Positions 25,627 through 34,819 of a stretch of 64,000 nucleotides of DNA are shown here, in pieces. Below the pieces are notes generated by a model. It did no database searches, was not told the origin of the DNA, and saw only the letters and a program-made list of their open reading frames with translations. The number at the start of each line of letters is the position of its first letter. Within the stretch, counting starts at the first letter, position 1. The stretch covers positions 1-64,000 of the IMG/VR virus record IMGVR_UViG_3300018079_000003; one strand, given 5' to 3'. The translations under genes and the position numbers were made by a program. This DNA comes from a virus.

Positions 25627-26277
25627 ATGAAAGATAAATCGTTAAAACATGAAACTCGGGAGGGATGGCTGCTCGCAGCGGTCGCTCTCATGCGTCCCTT
25701 GTTCTCGGACAGGGGTTATACCGTCCCGCAAGTGCGGGTGTCCTGCGGCTGGCCTTCCAGTCGCGCGTTGAGTGCTAAAAAGAGGTGCCTCGGAGAGGCG
25801 TGGTCGAAAGATGCGTCGTCTGAAAAGATTGCGAATATTTTCATCACGCCGTGGTTGGAAGAAAAACCCGATGAGGACCAAGGAATTTTGCCCACCCTGA
25901 TCCACGAATTGGGGCATGCGACGGTTGGAAACAAAGAGGGTCATAATAAAGTTTTTGGTAAATGTGTCCGGGCAGTGGGTCTGACCGGCAAGCTTACTTC
26001 GACTCATGCGAGTAAAGAACTGCTCGAACAATGCGTGGCGTGGCACAAGGAATTGGGCGAGTTTCCGCATGGTAAACTCGACTCCAACAAACGTCCGAAG
26101 AAAAAGCAAACCACCCGCTTGATCAAATGCGAGGACAAAGCCAGCGGTTATACCGTCCGCATCACTCGCAAGTGGTTGGAGGAAGGCGGCGCGCCGATTT
26201 GCCCGCTGAATAACAAACCCATGACTTACGAAATCCCGGACGATCTGGATTTCGACGGGGAGGGCGACAATGAATAG
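25627..26277 (+). CDS. SprT-like zinc metallopeptidase domain protein
   Basis: HELGHA zincin motif in an SprT-like context (LIHELGHATVG..GH...F). Confidence 0.65.
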   Translation: MKDKSLKHETREGWLLAAVALMRPLFSDRGYTVPQVRVSCGWPSSRALSAKKRCLGEAWSKDASSEKIANIFITPWLEEKPDEDQGILPTLIHELGHATVGNKEGHNKVFGKCVRAVGLTGKLTSTHASKELLEQCVAWHKELGEFPHGKLDSNKRPKKKQTTRLIKCEDKASGYTVRITRKWLEEGGAPICPLNNKPMTYEIPDDLDFDGEGDNE

Positions 26278-26662
26278 CACCTCAGCGTCCGTGGAAATTC
26301 ATGGGGTGCCATTGTCGGCATTTGACGCCGGGCTGGACCTTGCGTCCATGCGCTACCTAAACGAGTCCGCAATCAAGCAACACGCACTCACTTGCGCGGC
26401 GAAGTTTCGTCCGAAGTTTACCCGAGTCGGGCAGGGCTTCATTGACGAAGTCAAGGCGGACGTGGAAGCCTTCGTGCGGAGCCTGCGCACCGATGCGGAG
26501 CGAGAAGTCGCGCCGCACTCGTGCCTTGAGCCGGTGGAGGATTTTCTCACCGGCGCGTTCCTTGAAAAAATTCGGCCCATCCTGAATCGTCAGGTGGCCC
26601 GCACGATCCAGTCCAAGGTTTGGCGACAAACGACTGGAAAAACCTTAACGAGCACTCGTTAA
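26270..26662 (+). CDS. Hypothetical protein
   Basis: 130-aa ORF with an 8-nt overlap to the upstream gene. Confidence 0.5.
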   Translation: MNSTSASVEIHGVPLSAFDAGLDLASMRYLNESAIKQHALTCAAKFRPKFTRVGQGFIDEVKADVEAFVRSLRTDAEREVAPHSCLEPVEDFLTGAFLEKIRPILNRQVARTIQSKVWRQTTGKTLTSTR

Positions 26663-26727
26663 GGGGGGAACCCCTTGACCAAGGGTGATAAGGTTCGCGT
26701 GGTCCCGGCGATACGGGACAAAACTTA

Positions 26728-27204
26728 ATGAAGCAAATCCCCCTCACTAAGGGCATGGTTGCGACGGTAAGCAATCAGTGGTTCAAAAAACTTTCTAAAG
26801 TAAAGTGGTATGCGCAGAAATGTGGGCTTCACTACTATGCGGCGCGGCGGGATCGGGCGGGGCGACTCATTTTGATGCATCGGGTTATCATGGGGGCGAC
26901 GGCAAGACAGGTGGTTGATCATCGAGATTTATGCGGGTTAAATAATTTACGACGAAATCTTCGTTTGGCCTCTCATTCACAAAATCATGGAAACCAAAAG
27001 AAATATTCGGGACGGTTTACCAGTCGGTTTAAAGGAGTGTGCCGGTCGAATGCCAACGACTACAATCCATGGATTGCTTACATAACTGTCGATTCTAAAC
27101 GTCGGTATCTTGGGTATCATTCTACTCCCGAAAAAGCTGCCCGCGCGTATAATAAAGCGGCCCGACATTTGTTTGGTCCTTTTGCATTGTTAAATTTGGT
27201 ATGA
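26728..27204 (+). CDS. HNH homing endonuclease with an AP2 DNA-binding domain
   Basis: VDHRD...NN.R.NLR..S...N (HNH), followed by FKGV...W.AYI......YLGY..T.E.AARAYN.AA...FG.FA.LN (AP2). Confidence 0.8.
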   Translation: MKQIPLTKGMVATVSNQWFKKLSKVKWYAQKCGLHYYAARRDRAGRLILMHRVIMGATARQVVDHRDLCGLNNLRRNLRLASHSQNHGNQKKYSGRFTSRFKGVCRSNANDYNPWIAYITVDSKRRYLGYHSTPEKAARAYNKAARHLFGPFALLNLV

Positions 27205-29210
27205 ACCACATAAGTTTAGATTTTGAGACGTTTTTCAGTCGGAAGTTGAAATATGGCCTTCGGACTATGATTGCCGAGACATATTGTCGGCATCCTCTTT
27301 TTGATCCATATTTAATTTCGGCCTGTGATGGCACAACTTCGTGGGTCGGGCATCCTCGGGATTTTAATTGGGACTCTTTACGGGGCCGAAGTATCGTGGC
27401 ACACAATTGGTTTTTCGAGAAGTCGGTAATCATGGAAATGGAACGGCGGGAGTGGATTCCCCCGGTTCTAGCACATATCAAAGAGGCCCACTGTAGTGCG
27501 AATCTTACCGCTTACTTTTGTAACCGTCGCGCACTTGATCAAGCCGTGGAATATCTTTACCAAGTCAAGGTGTCCAAAGACGCCCGTGGAAATGCCGATG
27601 GCAAACACTGGCCCAAAGATTTTTCCCCAGAGGAACAAAAGACGATGTTGGAATACGCAAAGGGTGACGGCTGGTGGTGTTGGAAGTTGTGGGAAGACCA
27701 CTCATCCAAGTGGCCGCAGATGGAACGCGAGTTGAGCCGCATCACGATTGACCAAGGCTTGCGTGGCTGTCAGATCAACGCTGAATTGTTAGATACTTAC
27801 ATCGTGCAAACCCACGAGATGAAGGCCAACACGGAAAAAGTTTTACCATGGATGGGACGCGCGGAAGATGAAGACGACGAGTCGTGGGAAGACTTTAACC
27901 GGAAGCCCACCTCAACCAAGTGCATCGCGGAACAATGTAAGCGATCCGGCATCCCGTGCTGCCCGGTCAAATCGGATGACGAAGAAGCCTACGCCGAGTG
28001 GGAAGCTCTCTATGCGCCCGCGCACCCGTGGATTCACGCGGTTGGTGCGTGGCGATCCGTCAACAAGCTTTACAAAACTTTTCTCAAGGTGAAGTCTCGA
28101 TTACGTGCGGATGGCACGATGCCCTTCGCGCTAAAATATTTCGGCGCGCATACGGGCCGGTGGTCGGGAGCCGAGGGCATAAATATGCAAAACCCCCGTA
28201 AGCGCCCGATCTTTTGTAACGAACACGGGCTGATGGAGTCTAAGGTTTTGCGGGAAGATGAGGCGTTGTCCTATAAAAAAGAAACCGGCGTGTGGCCTGC
28301 GTGGGTTCGGTTCGCGGTAGATTTTCGACATTTGATTGTTCCGAGACCCGGCAAGCGCATGGTCGTTTCGGACCTTAGCCAAATTGAGCCGCGCGTGCTT
28401 GCGTGGTTATGTGGTAACGCAGAACTGTTGGCACTCATGGCCCAAGGCATGACGCCATACGAAGCACATGCCAGAGCGACCATGGGTTGGACCGGCGATG
28501 TGTCTTTAAAAGATGCGGGTAAAATCGACCCGAAGGCGGAGTTAATGTATAAATTAGCGAAAGCGCGGGTGTTGGCGCTGGGCTATCAGGCGGGGTGGGA
28601 AAAATTTGTTGTTATGGCATTGGATACGGGGTTGGATATTACAAAAGACGATCCCGAATTCATTGAAGTGACGTGCCCAATTACGGGTAAAACCAAACAG
28701 GTGAGCGGCTACGGCACAACCAGCAAAAAGATAGTCGCGGAATTTAGAGAACAGAACCCCAAGATTAAGGGTTTGTGGGAACACCTAGATAGTGCGTTTA
28801 AACGATCCGTGGGTTCAGATTTTTCTATGACCTTGCCTAGCGGGCGGGTGATGAAGTATGACAAGGTGCGTTGTGAAATCTGCATCGAAAAGGACAAAGA
28901 GACAGGCAAACCCAAGCGGCGGTCGGTTTTCACCGCAGATATTGGGGGCCGACGTAAGATTATTTACGGTGGACTTTTGACTGAAAATATCACACAAGCA
29001 GTTGCGCGGGACGTGTTTGCGTGGCATATTGTGAATATGGCTCGGCGCGGTTGGTTGAATTTATTTTCGGCCCATGACGAAGCGATCCTCGAAGTGGACG
29101 CCGACGTGAGCGCGAAGGACGTGGAACAGGAAATGAGTCGATGCCCGGAGTGGATTCCGGGGTTGCCGGTTGCCGCCGAGGCTAAGATCGTCCCGCACTA
29201 TTTAAAATGA
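27201..29210 (+). CDS. Family A DNA polymerase with a 3'-5' exonuclease domain
   Basis: ExoI SLDFET. Motif A VVSDLSQIEPRVLA, motif B KLAKARVLALGYQAG, motif C SAHDEAILEV. Confidence 0.85.
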   Translation: MNHISLDFETFFSRKLKYGLRTMIAETYCRHPLFDPYLISACDGTTSWVGHPRDFNWDSLRGRSIVAHNWFFEKSVIMEMERREWIPPVLAHIKEAHCSANLTAYFCNRRALDQAVEYLYQVKVSKDARGNADGKHWPKDFSPEEQKTMLEYAKGDGWWCWKLWEDHSSKWPQMERELSRITIDQGLRGCQINAELLDTYIVQTHEMKANTEKVLPWMGRAEDEDDESWEDFNRKPTSTKCIAEQCKRSGIPCCPVKSDDEEAYAEWEALYAPAHPWIHAVGAWRSVNKLYKTFLKVKSRLRADGTMPFALKYFGAHTGRWSGAEGINMQNPRKRPIFCNEHGLMESKVLREDEALSYKKETGVWPAWVRFAVDFRHLIVPRPGKRMVVSDLSQIEPRVLAWLCGNAELLALMAQGMTPYEAHARATMGWTGDVSLKDAGKIDPKAELMYKLAKARVLALGYQAGWEKFVVMALDTGLDITKDDPEFIEVTCPITGKTKQVSGYGTTSKKIVAEFREQNPKIKGLWEHLDSAFKRSVGSDFSMTLPSGRVMKYDKVRCEICIEKDKETGKPKRRSVFTADIGGRRKIIYGGLLTENITQAVARDVFAWHIVNMARRGWLNLFSAHDEAILEVDADVSAKDVEQEMSRCPEWIPGLPVAAEAKIVPHYLK

Positions 29211-29608
29211 GGCGTTGTTCTTCTTGTCGTAAGGTTAAGCCGTTGCCGGAATTTTATAAGGCAGCGGCCAAAGCGAATCGGGGTTATCAATACAACTGTA
29301 AGCGGTGCTGTTGTGGCTTAGCGCATAGTTGGCGACAAAGAAATCCCCGCCGCGAACGATCCATACAACTTAAGAAAAATTATGGTATTACGATCCAACA
29401 GTTTGAGGCCGTGGAAAGGTGTCAAAAAAGACGCTGTGCAATTTGTAAGAAGCGCGCTAAATTGACGGTCGATCATTGTCACGCTCGGTTAGTTGTGCGG
29501 GGCCTTCTTTGTGCCAAATGTAACGCTGGAATCGGGTTGCTTTGTGATTCGATAACTATTTTACAATCCGCTATTGTGTATCTATCTCCCGATGTTCTTC
29601 GCGACTGA
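29207..29608 (+). CDS. Recombination endonuclease VII
   Basis: CAICKK....LTVDHCH....VRGLLCAKCNAGIG, the T4 endonuclease VII family signature. Confidence 0.8.
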   Translation: MRRCSSCRKVKPLPEFYKAAAKANRGYQYNCKRCCCGLAHSWRQRNPRRERSIQLKKNYGITIQQFEAVERCQKRRCAICKKRAKLTVDHCHARLVVRGLLCAKCNAGIGLLCDSITILQSAIVYLSPDVLRD

Positions 29609-31781
29609 AAATTTAACGACGAAATCCGTATCTCCGTGCGATCCGTGGACCTTCATTCCGCCGCAGCAAGTGTCGAAACAAATCCGGCACGATAAACAAA
29701 GTCGCCAAGACTGGTATCGTAATATTGACACCCAATGGAATTTTTATACGCCGCTCGAAGCGTCCAACCCGAACCAGCGAGTCAGTAACGAAGATAACCC
29801 GTCGAAATTCATTCACGGCTTCGCGGCGGACTATGACGTGAAGATTCCCATGTCGCGCGTGTTGGAAGTTGTCGCCGCGATGGATATAAAGCCGTCGTGG
29901 ATCGAAACCTCGCTGGGCGGTAAAATCCGGCTGGTGTGGCTATTTCTCAAACCGTTGCGGGTGGACGGCACGGATTTTTGTATTTTCTTACTTGAACGCG
30001 CCATGAAGTGGTTGCGTCTGGATTTATTGCCGGGCCTTGATGAAGGCGCTTTCACTGACCCAACCCGGCTGTTGTGCAACGGCGGAGAGTGGCTGGCCAC
30101 TGGACACGGTCCACTCGCTGAGGTGCCATTGCAGGTATTTTACATCGGGGTCGCTCGCGACTTTCAGTTTGTCTCTACCGACCTCGCCGAGGTGCCGTTG
30201 GATGTCGTGGAAGAAAAAATCAAGGAAAAATATCCGAATTTTAGCTGGCCCGGCGAATTTGCGTATGAGACACAGGGGCCGTCGTTTTGGATACCGGAAT
30301 CAAAGTCGGCTATGTCGGCTATCGTCAAAAAGGACGGCATGTTTACCTTCTCGGATCATGCCGACAAGTCTTTTTACTCTTGGGGCGATATTTGTGGTGT
30401 CGATTTTCTCAAGGGCCACGCCGACAACGCGATTGCGGTTGCTACTAAAGATATTTATTGGGATCAGAAGAATTTTTGGAGGAAGAAGTCCGGTTTCTAT
30501 GCGCTCATGGGGATGACCGAGCTACAAAACTTTTTCAAAGTCCAGTGCCGTCTCAGCGCCAAGCCGGGCAAATCCGGCCAGTCTCCGGTTGATCTGGCGC
30601 TCTACCATATCTATACGACCAACTGTATCATCGGCGCGGGACCGTTTGTGTTTAAACCCTCCGGGTTAATGGAGTATATGGGCCGACCCGTGTTAAATAC
30701 TTACATACCGCGCGCGCTCGTCCCCGCAGCGGGCGAACAGAAATGGGGTCCAGATGGTAATTTTCCGTTTCTCTCCCAACACTTCGACGTGTTATTTGAT
30801 CCCGTCTATCAAAAAAAATTTTTTCTGGCGTGGTGGAAACATTTTTATACTTCGGCATATACGCTGACGCCGATGCCCGGCCCGAATGTCTATCTGGTCG
30901 GCGGCACGGATGTGGGCAAGACGATGACCAGTCGGGCAATCATTAGTCTGTCGGTGGGTGGCTTTGTGGATGCTTCCGGGCATCTGATCGGCGGCGAGTC
31001 GTTCAATTCACACATCTACGAAAAACCGCTGTGGGTGATTGACGATGAAGTCGTGGGCGACAACTCAGCGGCGCAAACCCGATTTCATGCGATCTGGAAA
31101 AAGACCGCCGCCAACCAACAATTTTTGTTTAGTAAAAAATACGAGGTGCCCTTGACAATTGATTGGATGGGTCGTATCTTTTGCACGTTGAATATGGATT
31201 ATATTTCCAGCCGAATCATGGGGCCGATGGACGGCTCGGTGATCGACAAGACTTGCGCGTTCCGCTGCCCCGCTGTTTCAAAAATTATTTTCCCCTCCCG
31301 ATACGAACTGGAAAAAATCATTGCTTGTGAACTGCCTTACATGCTTCGTTGGCTGCTGGACTGGGAGCCACCCGACTACGTGCTGCGGGATGTCCGGTAT
31401 GGATTCAAGTCTTATCAAGAGTCTTCCCTGCTCGACAAAGCCCATCAGGGCGGTAAGTCTGCACCCTTCAAGGAATTGTTGATCGAGGTGTTGCAGAATT
31501 ATTTTATTCAGGAGAAAAACGCAACAGAATGGCGCGGCACGGTTACACAACTCCTGCGGATGTTGCAGACCAACCCCCATAACGAATCCATTCTGCGGCT
31601 GTTGCGATTGGAACAGACCAATCGCTACCTCGAAATGATCCAACGCGAAGCCCTCGTGGAATGCACCGTCGAGACCGGTCCGATGAAGACCCGCGTGTGG
31701 GTCTTTGCCCGGTTCGGCGATTTGCCGCCCGCTGTCACGCCCGCTTTATTAACCCCCACTCATAACCCCTTTACGAAATGA
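29592..31781 (+). CDS. Primase / SF3 (D5-like) helicase
   Basis: Walker A GGTDVGKT and Walker B WVIDDEV in the C-terminal half, with a large primase-like N-terminal half. Start taken at ATG 29592. Confidence 0.65.
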   Translation: MFFATENLTTKSVSPCDPWTFIPPQQVSKQIRHDKQSRQDWYRNIDTQWNFYTPLEASNPNQRVSNEDNPSKFIHGFAADYDVKIPMSRVLEVVAAMDIKPSWIETSLGGKIRLVWLFLKPLRVDGTDFCIFLLERAMKWLRLDLLPGLDEGAFTDPTRLLCNGGEWLATGHGPLAEVPLQVFYIGVARDFQFVSTDLAEVPLDVVEEKIKEKYPNFSWPGEFAYETQGPSFWIPESKSAMSAIVKKDGMFTFSDHADKSFYSWGDICGVDFLKGHADNAIAVATKDIYWDQKNFWRKKSGFYALMGMTELQNFFKVQCRLSAKPGKSGQSPVDLALYHIYTTNCIIGAGPFVFKPSGLMEYMGRPVLNTYIPRALVPAAGEQKWGPDGNFPFLSQHFDVLFDPVYQKKFFLAWWKHFYTSAYTLTPMPGPNVYLVGGTDVGKTMTSRAIISLSVGGFVDASGHLIGGESFNSHIYEKPLWVIDDEVVGDNSAAQTRFHAIWKKTAANQQFLFSKKYEVPLTIDWMGRIFCTLNMDYISSRIMGPMDGSVIDKTCAFRCPAVSKIIFPSRYELEKIIACELPYMLRWLLDWEPPDYVLRDVRYGFKSYQESSLLDKAHQGGKSAPFKELLIEVLQNYFIQEKNATEWRGTVTQLLRMLQTNPHNESILRLLRLEQTNRYLEMIQREALVECTVETGPMKTRVWVFARFGDLPPAVTPALLTPTHNPFTK

Positions 31782-32509
31782 AAAATGGACACCGGAGAAA
31801 AACGGGTAATTCGGCGCATAACGATTTATTGCGGGGAATTCCTGAGACCCGCTTAAGCCTTGAGCAGGAGAGCGCGCTTTCTGACAAGATTCAGGCCAGC
31901 AAAAAATCCGATGAGGACTCAATAAATGCTCTGGCGCTGCACAACCTGCGCGAAGCCTTCTATTATGCCCTCGCTTGTTCAAAGACGCTGCCCCCGGACG
32001 ACGTCTACAGCCTTTGCTACGCGGCCCTTCGATACGCCGCCACCAATTTCAAATACCGAGGCGCGCGTTTTTTCCCCTACTCTAAGGCGTATATCCGGGG
32101 AGAAATCTATAAAACATTTAATGATCGAAACGTCGTCAAAGATGCCATTTGCGAACCGTTGCGTTTAGGGGACGAGGAAATGGTTAGAGAGATCGAAGAG
32201 TCGGAAAACGGCCACCCCCTTAGTTTGCGCCGCCCTCGTAATTTTATTGAGCCTACCGTCGAGTCGGACCTTCATGGGATCGTCATCCGGGATGAGTGGG
32301 GGCGGATCAAGCCGATTTTTCGGGACAAACTCTCTGAAAAGGAGCGGATGGTGTTGGAATTGAAATTCGAGGGCGGATTCAACTTTAGAGAAATCGGCGA
32401 TTTACTGCGGGTCTCCCGGTCGGATACACAGGCGACACACACGCGGGCTTTGAGAAAAGTGCGTTGTGTGCTGATGAGAAAAAAGGCACTATTTAATAGA
32501 CACCAATGA
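31778..32509 (+). CDS. Sigma-70 family RNA polymerase sigma factor (two-domain)
   Basis: Region 2-like F..YSKAYIRGEIY. Region 4 HTH ERMVLELKFEGGFNFREIGDLLRVSRSDTQATHTRALRKVR. Confidence 0.75.
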   Translation: MKNGHRRKTGNSAHNDLLRGIPETRLSLEQESALSDKIQASKKSDEDSINALALHNLREAFYYALACSKTLPPDDVYSLCYAALRYAATNFKYRGARFFPYSKAYIRGEIYKTFNDRNVVKDAICEPLRLGDEEMVREIEESENGHPLSLRRPRNFIEPTVESDLHGIVIRDEWGRIKPIFRDKLSEKERMVLELKFEGGFNFREIGDLLRVSRSDTQATHTRALRKVRCVLMRKKALFNRHQ

Positions 32510-33045
32510 AAATCCTTGCTCTCGACCTTGCGACCAGCACCGGCTACGCCTACGATGATGCGTTGGGGCGGTTACAATGCGGCACTTGGCTGCTCGCTAC
32601 GGATAAAGAACTTAAGTCGGCCCGAAGGGAGAGAATGAATCGCCGGTGTGATCCTCGAATCTCGAAATTATTTCATCGGATTCAAAACCTGAACCGAGAA
32701 AACCGTTTTGACGTAATCGTTTTTGAAGATGTTCCTTTTTCAAGTTATACTTGGCAATGCCAGCTTTGGTCCAGTCTTCGGGCGGCGGTTTGGCTTGCGC
32801 CACACTACCCGCCCCTTTTCGAGGCGGTCCCGGTGGCGACCTTAAAGCTTTTTGCGACCGGCCATGGCGGCGCGACGAAAGAAATGATGGTTGGCGAACT
32901 TATCCGTCAGGATAAAAGATTTACAATCGTATCCGGGGTTAGAGATCATGCTTTTCTTGGAAATCAAATCCTTGACGACAACGCGGTTGATGCGATCTGG
33001 TTGTGGAAATGGGCACAGAAAAATCTAAGTCGAATAGGGGTATGA
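32506..33045 (+). CDS. RuvC-like Holliday junction resolvase
   Basis: ILALDLATSTGYA (Asp), VVFEDV (Glu), DDNAVDAIW (D-x-x-D). Confidence 0.75.
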   Translation: MKILALDLATSTGYAYDDALGRLQCGTWLLATDKELKSARRERMNRRCDPRISKLFHRIQNLNRENRFDVIVFEDVPFSSYTWQCQLWSSLRAAVWLAPHYPPLFEAVPVATLKLFATGHGGATKEMMVGELIRQDKRFTIVSGVRDHAFLGNQILDDNAVDAIWLWKWAQKNLSRIGV

Positions 33046-33734
33046 AACCAACTATTCCAATTCCCAGTCGAGAACAAGTGACTCAACAACAAATGGGTGC
33101 GTTGTTGACTTCGATTGCAACGTTGCTGCCGTATTTTCATATTGACCATGAAGACTGGAAAGGCGGCGCGCTGGACGGCGGCACCAAAATCGCAGTTCAA
33201 AATACGTTAATTGGGCTATGTGAGCGGATAGATTCAATTTTGGCGGATGCGCAACGTTGGACTCTTGACGAAGCCCAGAAACTTGAGACCCAACTTGGCG
33301 ATCTTTACACCGAACACGCGAATGTTTTGCGCGCGCAACAGGAACAGCTTGCATATATGGGAAAACCACATGTGCGGCACGGCCCCGCGTTATTTCGACT
33401 CGCGGATGGGGGTTGGGGGGCGATCCTCGGCAGTTTAAACGATCTTGACAATTCGATTGTTGGCGTCGGGGGTTCGCCCGCGCAGGCGTTGGAAGCTTTC
33501 GACGAGATGTTCAACGGTCGCATTCCCTCGCATCTTCAAGCATGGATTGCCGTCCGCGAGGAAGCCCTTAAAAATAATTTAACGCCACCTAACTATGAAA
33601 AAACAAAATTGGACCCCGGAACAAGTCGAGACTCTAAAGCGCCTGAAGGCGGAAAAAGTCAGCCACGACGTAATCGCAAAGACCCTCGAAAAGACCAAGA
33701 CGGCAGTGGACCGAAAGGTGGATCATCTACCTAA
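33042..33734 (+). CDS. Hypothetical protein
   Basis: ATGA-coupled start. The last ~140 nt overlap 33595..34608 in another frame and encode a low-complexity tail, so the true 3' end is uncertain. Confidence 0.4.
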   Translation: MKPTIPIPSREQVTQQQMGALLTSIATLLPYFHIDHEDWKGGALDGGTKIAVQNTLIGLCERIDSILADAQRWTLDEAQKLETQLGDLYTEHANVLRAQQEQLAYMGKPHVRHGPALFRLADGGWGAILGSLNDLDNSIVGVGGSPAQALEAFDEMFNGRIPSHLQAWIAVREEALKNNLTPPNYEKTKLDPGTSRDSKAPEGGKSQPRRNRKDPRKDQDGSGPKGGSST

Positions 33735-34608
33735 AATCCCCACTACTGTCGATCCCATCAAACAAGAGGCGTCAAAAGTGCCGCGAGAATTTGGCCGCAT
33801 GCCGCTTACGGTTTTCGATTCGGGCGATTGGACTCGTCTCGGATTGGTTTCCGATACCCACCTCTGCTGCCGGGAGGAACGTTTGGATGCTCTCCATGCA
33901 CAGTATGACCTTTTCGAGCAAGAGGGGATTACGACGGTTTTTCATGCGGGCAATCCGGTTGATGGTTACATCCAAAGAATTAACGGGGCGTCCGTCTTCG
34001 AGACCACCCCGGATGGACAGGCGCAGTATTTCGTGGACAACTACCCCAAGCGCGAGGGCATCGTCACGAATTTTATAACCGGGGACGATCACGAATCTTG
34101 GTTCGCGCCGGGCTTCAACTTTGGGGCCTATCTGGACATGGTTGCAAAATCCCAAGGGCGTGAGGATTTGAATTATATTGGCCATGTCGAGGCCGATGTG
34201 GAATTGCGTTGCGGGGAATTCAAACAGATTATGAAAATCCAGCACCCCGGAGGCGGCTCGGCCTACGCGCGCTCTTACAAAGGCCAGAAGATGGTGGAGT
34301 CCTTTCAGGGCGGTGAGAAGCCCGCTATCCTCGTGCAGGGCCACTACCACGTCAGCGGTTATTCGTTTGACCGCAATGTTCATATTATCGGGATGCCGGG
34401 GTTTCAAGACCAAACCATTTTCGGTCGCAAGAAACACCTGCGGTTTGAGATCGGCGGCGTGATTCTGGAATTTAAGATGTCTCCGGTCACTGGGGCCATT
34501 ACCCGGTTGCGTCCTGAATTCACCATGTATTTCGACCGGGGATTTTATAAGGCGTTTTTGAAGTCGGACGCACGACTGCTGAAAGGACATGTCATAATTA
34601 ACACATGA
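33595..34608 (+). CDS. Calcineurin-like metallophosphoesterase with a GcrA/Myb-like N-terminal HTH
   Basis: VSDTH, HAGN, GDDHE, HPGG and GHYH phosphoesterase motifs. The N-terminus WTPEQVETLKRLKAEKVSHDVIAKTL..TKTAVDRKV resembles the GcrA N-terminal domain. Confidence 0.65.
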   Translation: MKKQNWTPEQVETLKRLKAEKVSHDVIAKTLEKTKTAVDRKVDHLPKIPTTVDPIKQEASKVPREFGRMPLTVFDSGDWTRLGLVSDTHLCCREERLDALHAQYDLFEQEGITTVFHAGNPVDGYIQRINGASVFETTPDGQAQYFVDNYPKREGIVTNFITGDDHESWFAPGFNFGAYLDMVAKSQGREDLNYIGHVEADVELRCGEFKQIMKIQHPGGGSAYARSYKGQKMVESFQGGEKPAILVQGHYHVSGYSFDRNVHIIGMPGFQDQTIFGRKKHLRFEIGGVILEFKMSPVTGAITRLRPEFTMYFDRGFYKAFLKSDARLLKGHVIINT

Positions 34609-34615
34609 ACTGGTC

Positions 34616-34819
34616 TTGAAAGTTATTTGCCTCGTTTGCGGAAAGCAAGCCGTTCCATACTACCAAAGCTACGAAAAGAACGGATGGGAAGCGGGCTTCA
34701 GGTGTTGTTATTTGAGAATTCCGTTTCGGGATTTTACACCTCTAACAACGGAGCGACTTATTGAGAGCGCCCCGCTCTATTACGAAAACCGTCGAGAAGA
34801 ATTAGATTACGGGTTTTAA
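34616..34819 (+). CDS. Small hypothetical Cys-containing protein
   Basis: 67-aa ORF with a TTG start. Last plus-strand ORF before the convergent block. Confidence 0.25.
   Translation: MKVICLVCGKQAVPYYQSYEKNGWEAGFRCCYLRIPFRDFTPLTTERLIESAPLYYENRREELDYGF

Noticed and set aside
26660-26690. AAGGGG-ggaa-CCCCTT hairpin after 26270..26662, considered as a terminator.
   Set aside because: The stem is only 6 bp and no T-run follows. It is too weak to call.
31157-31185. TTGACA-N17-TATCTT inside the primase-helicase gene, 13 nt before an in-frame Met; considered as an internal promoter for a short isoform, as with T7 gp4A/4B.
   Set aside because: The Met lies downstream of the Walker A and B motifs, so the product would lack the ATPase core. 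This is most likely a chance match.
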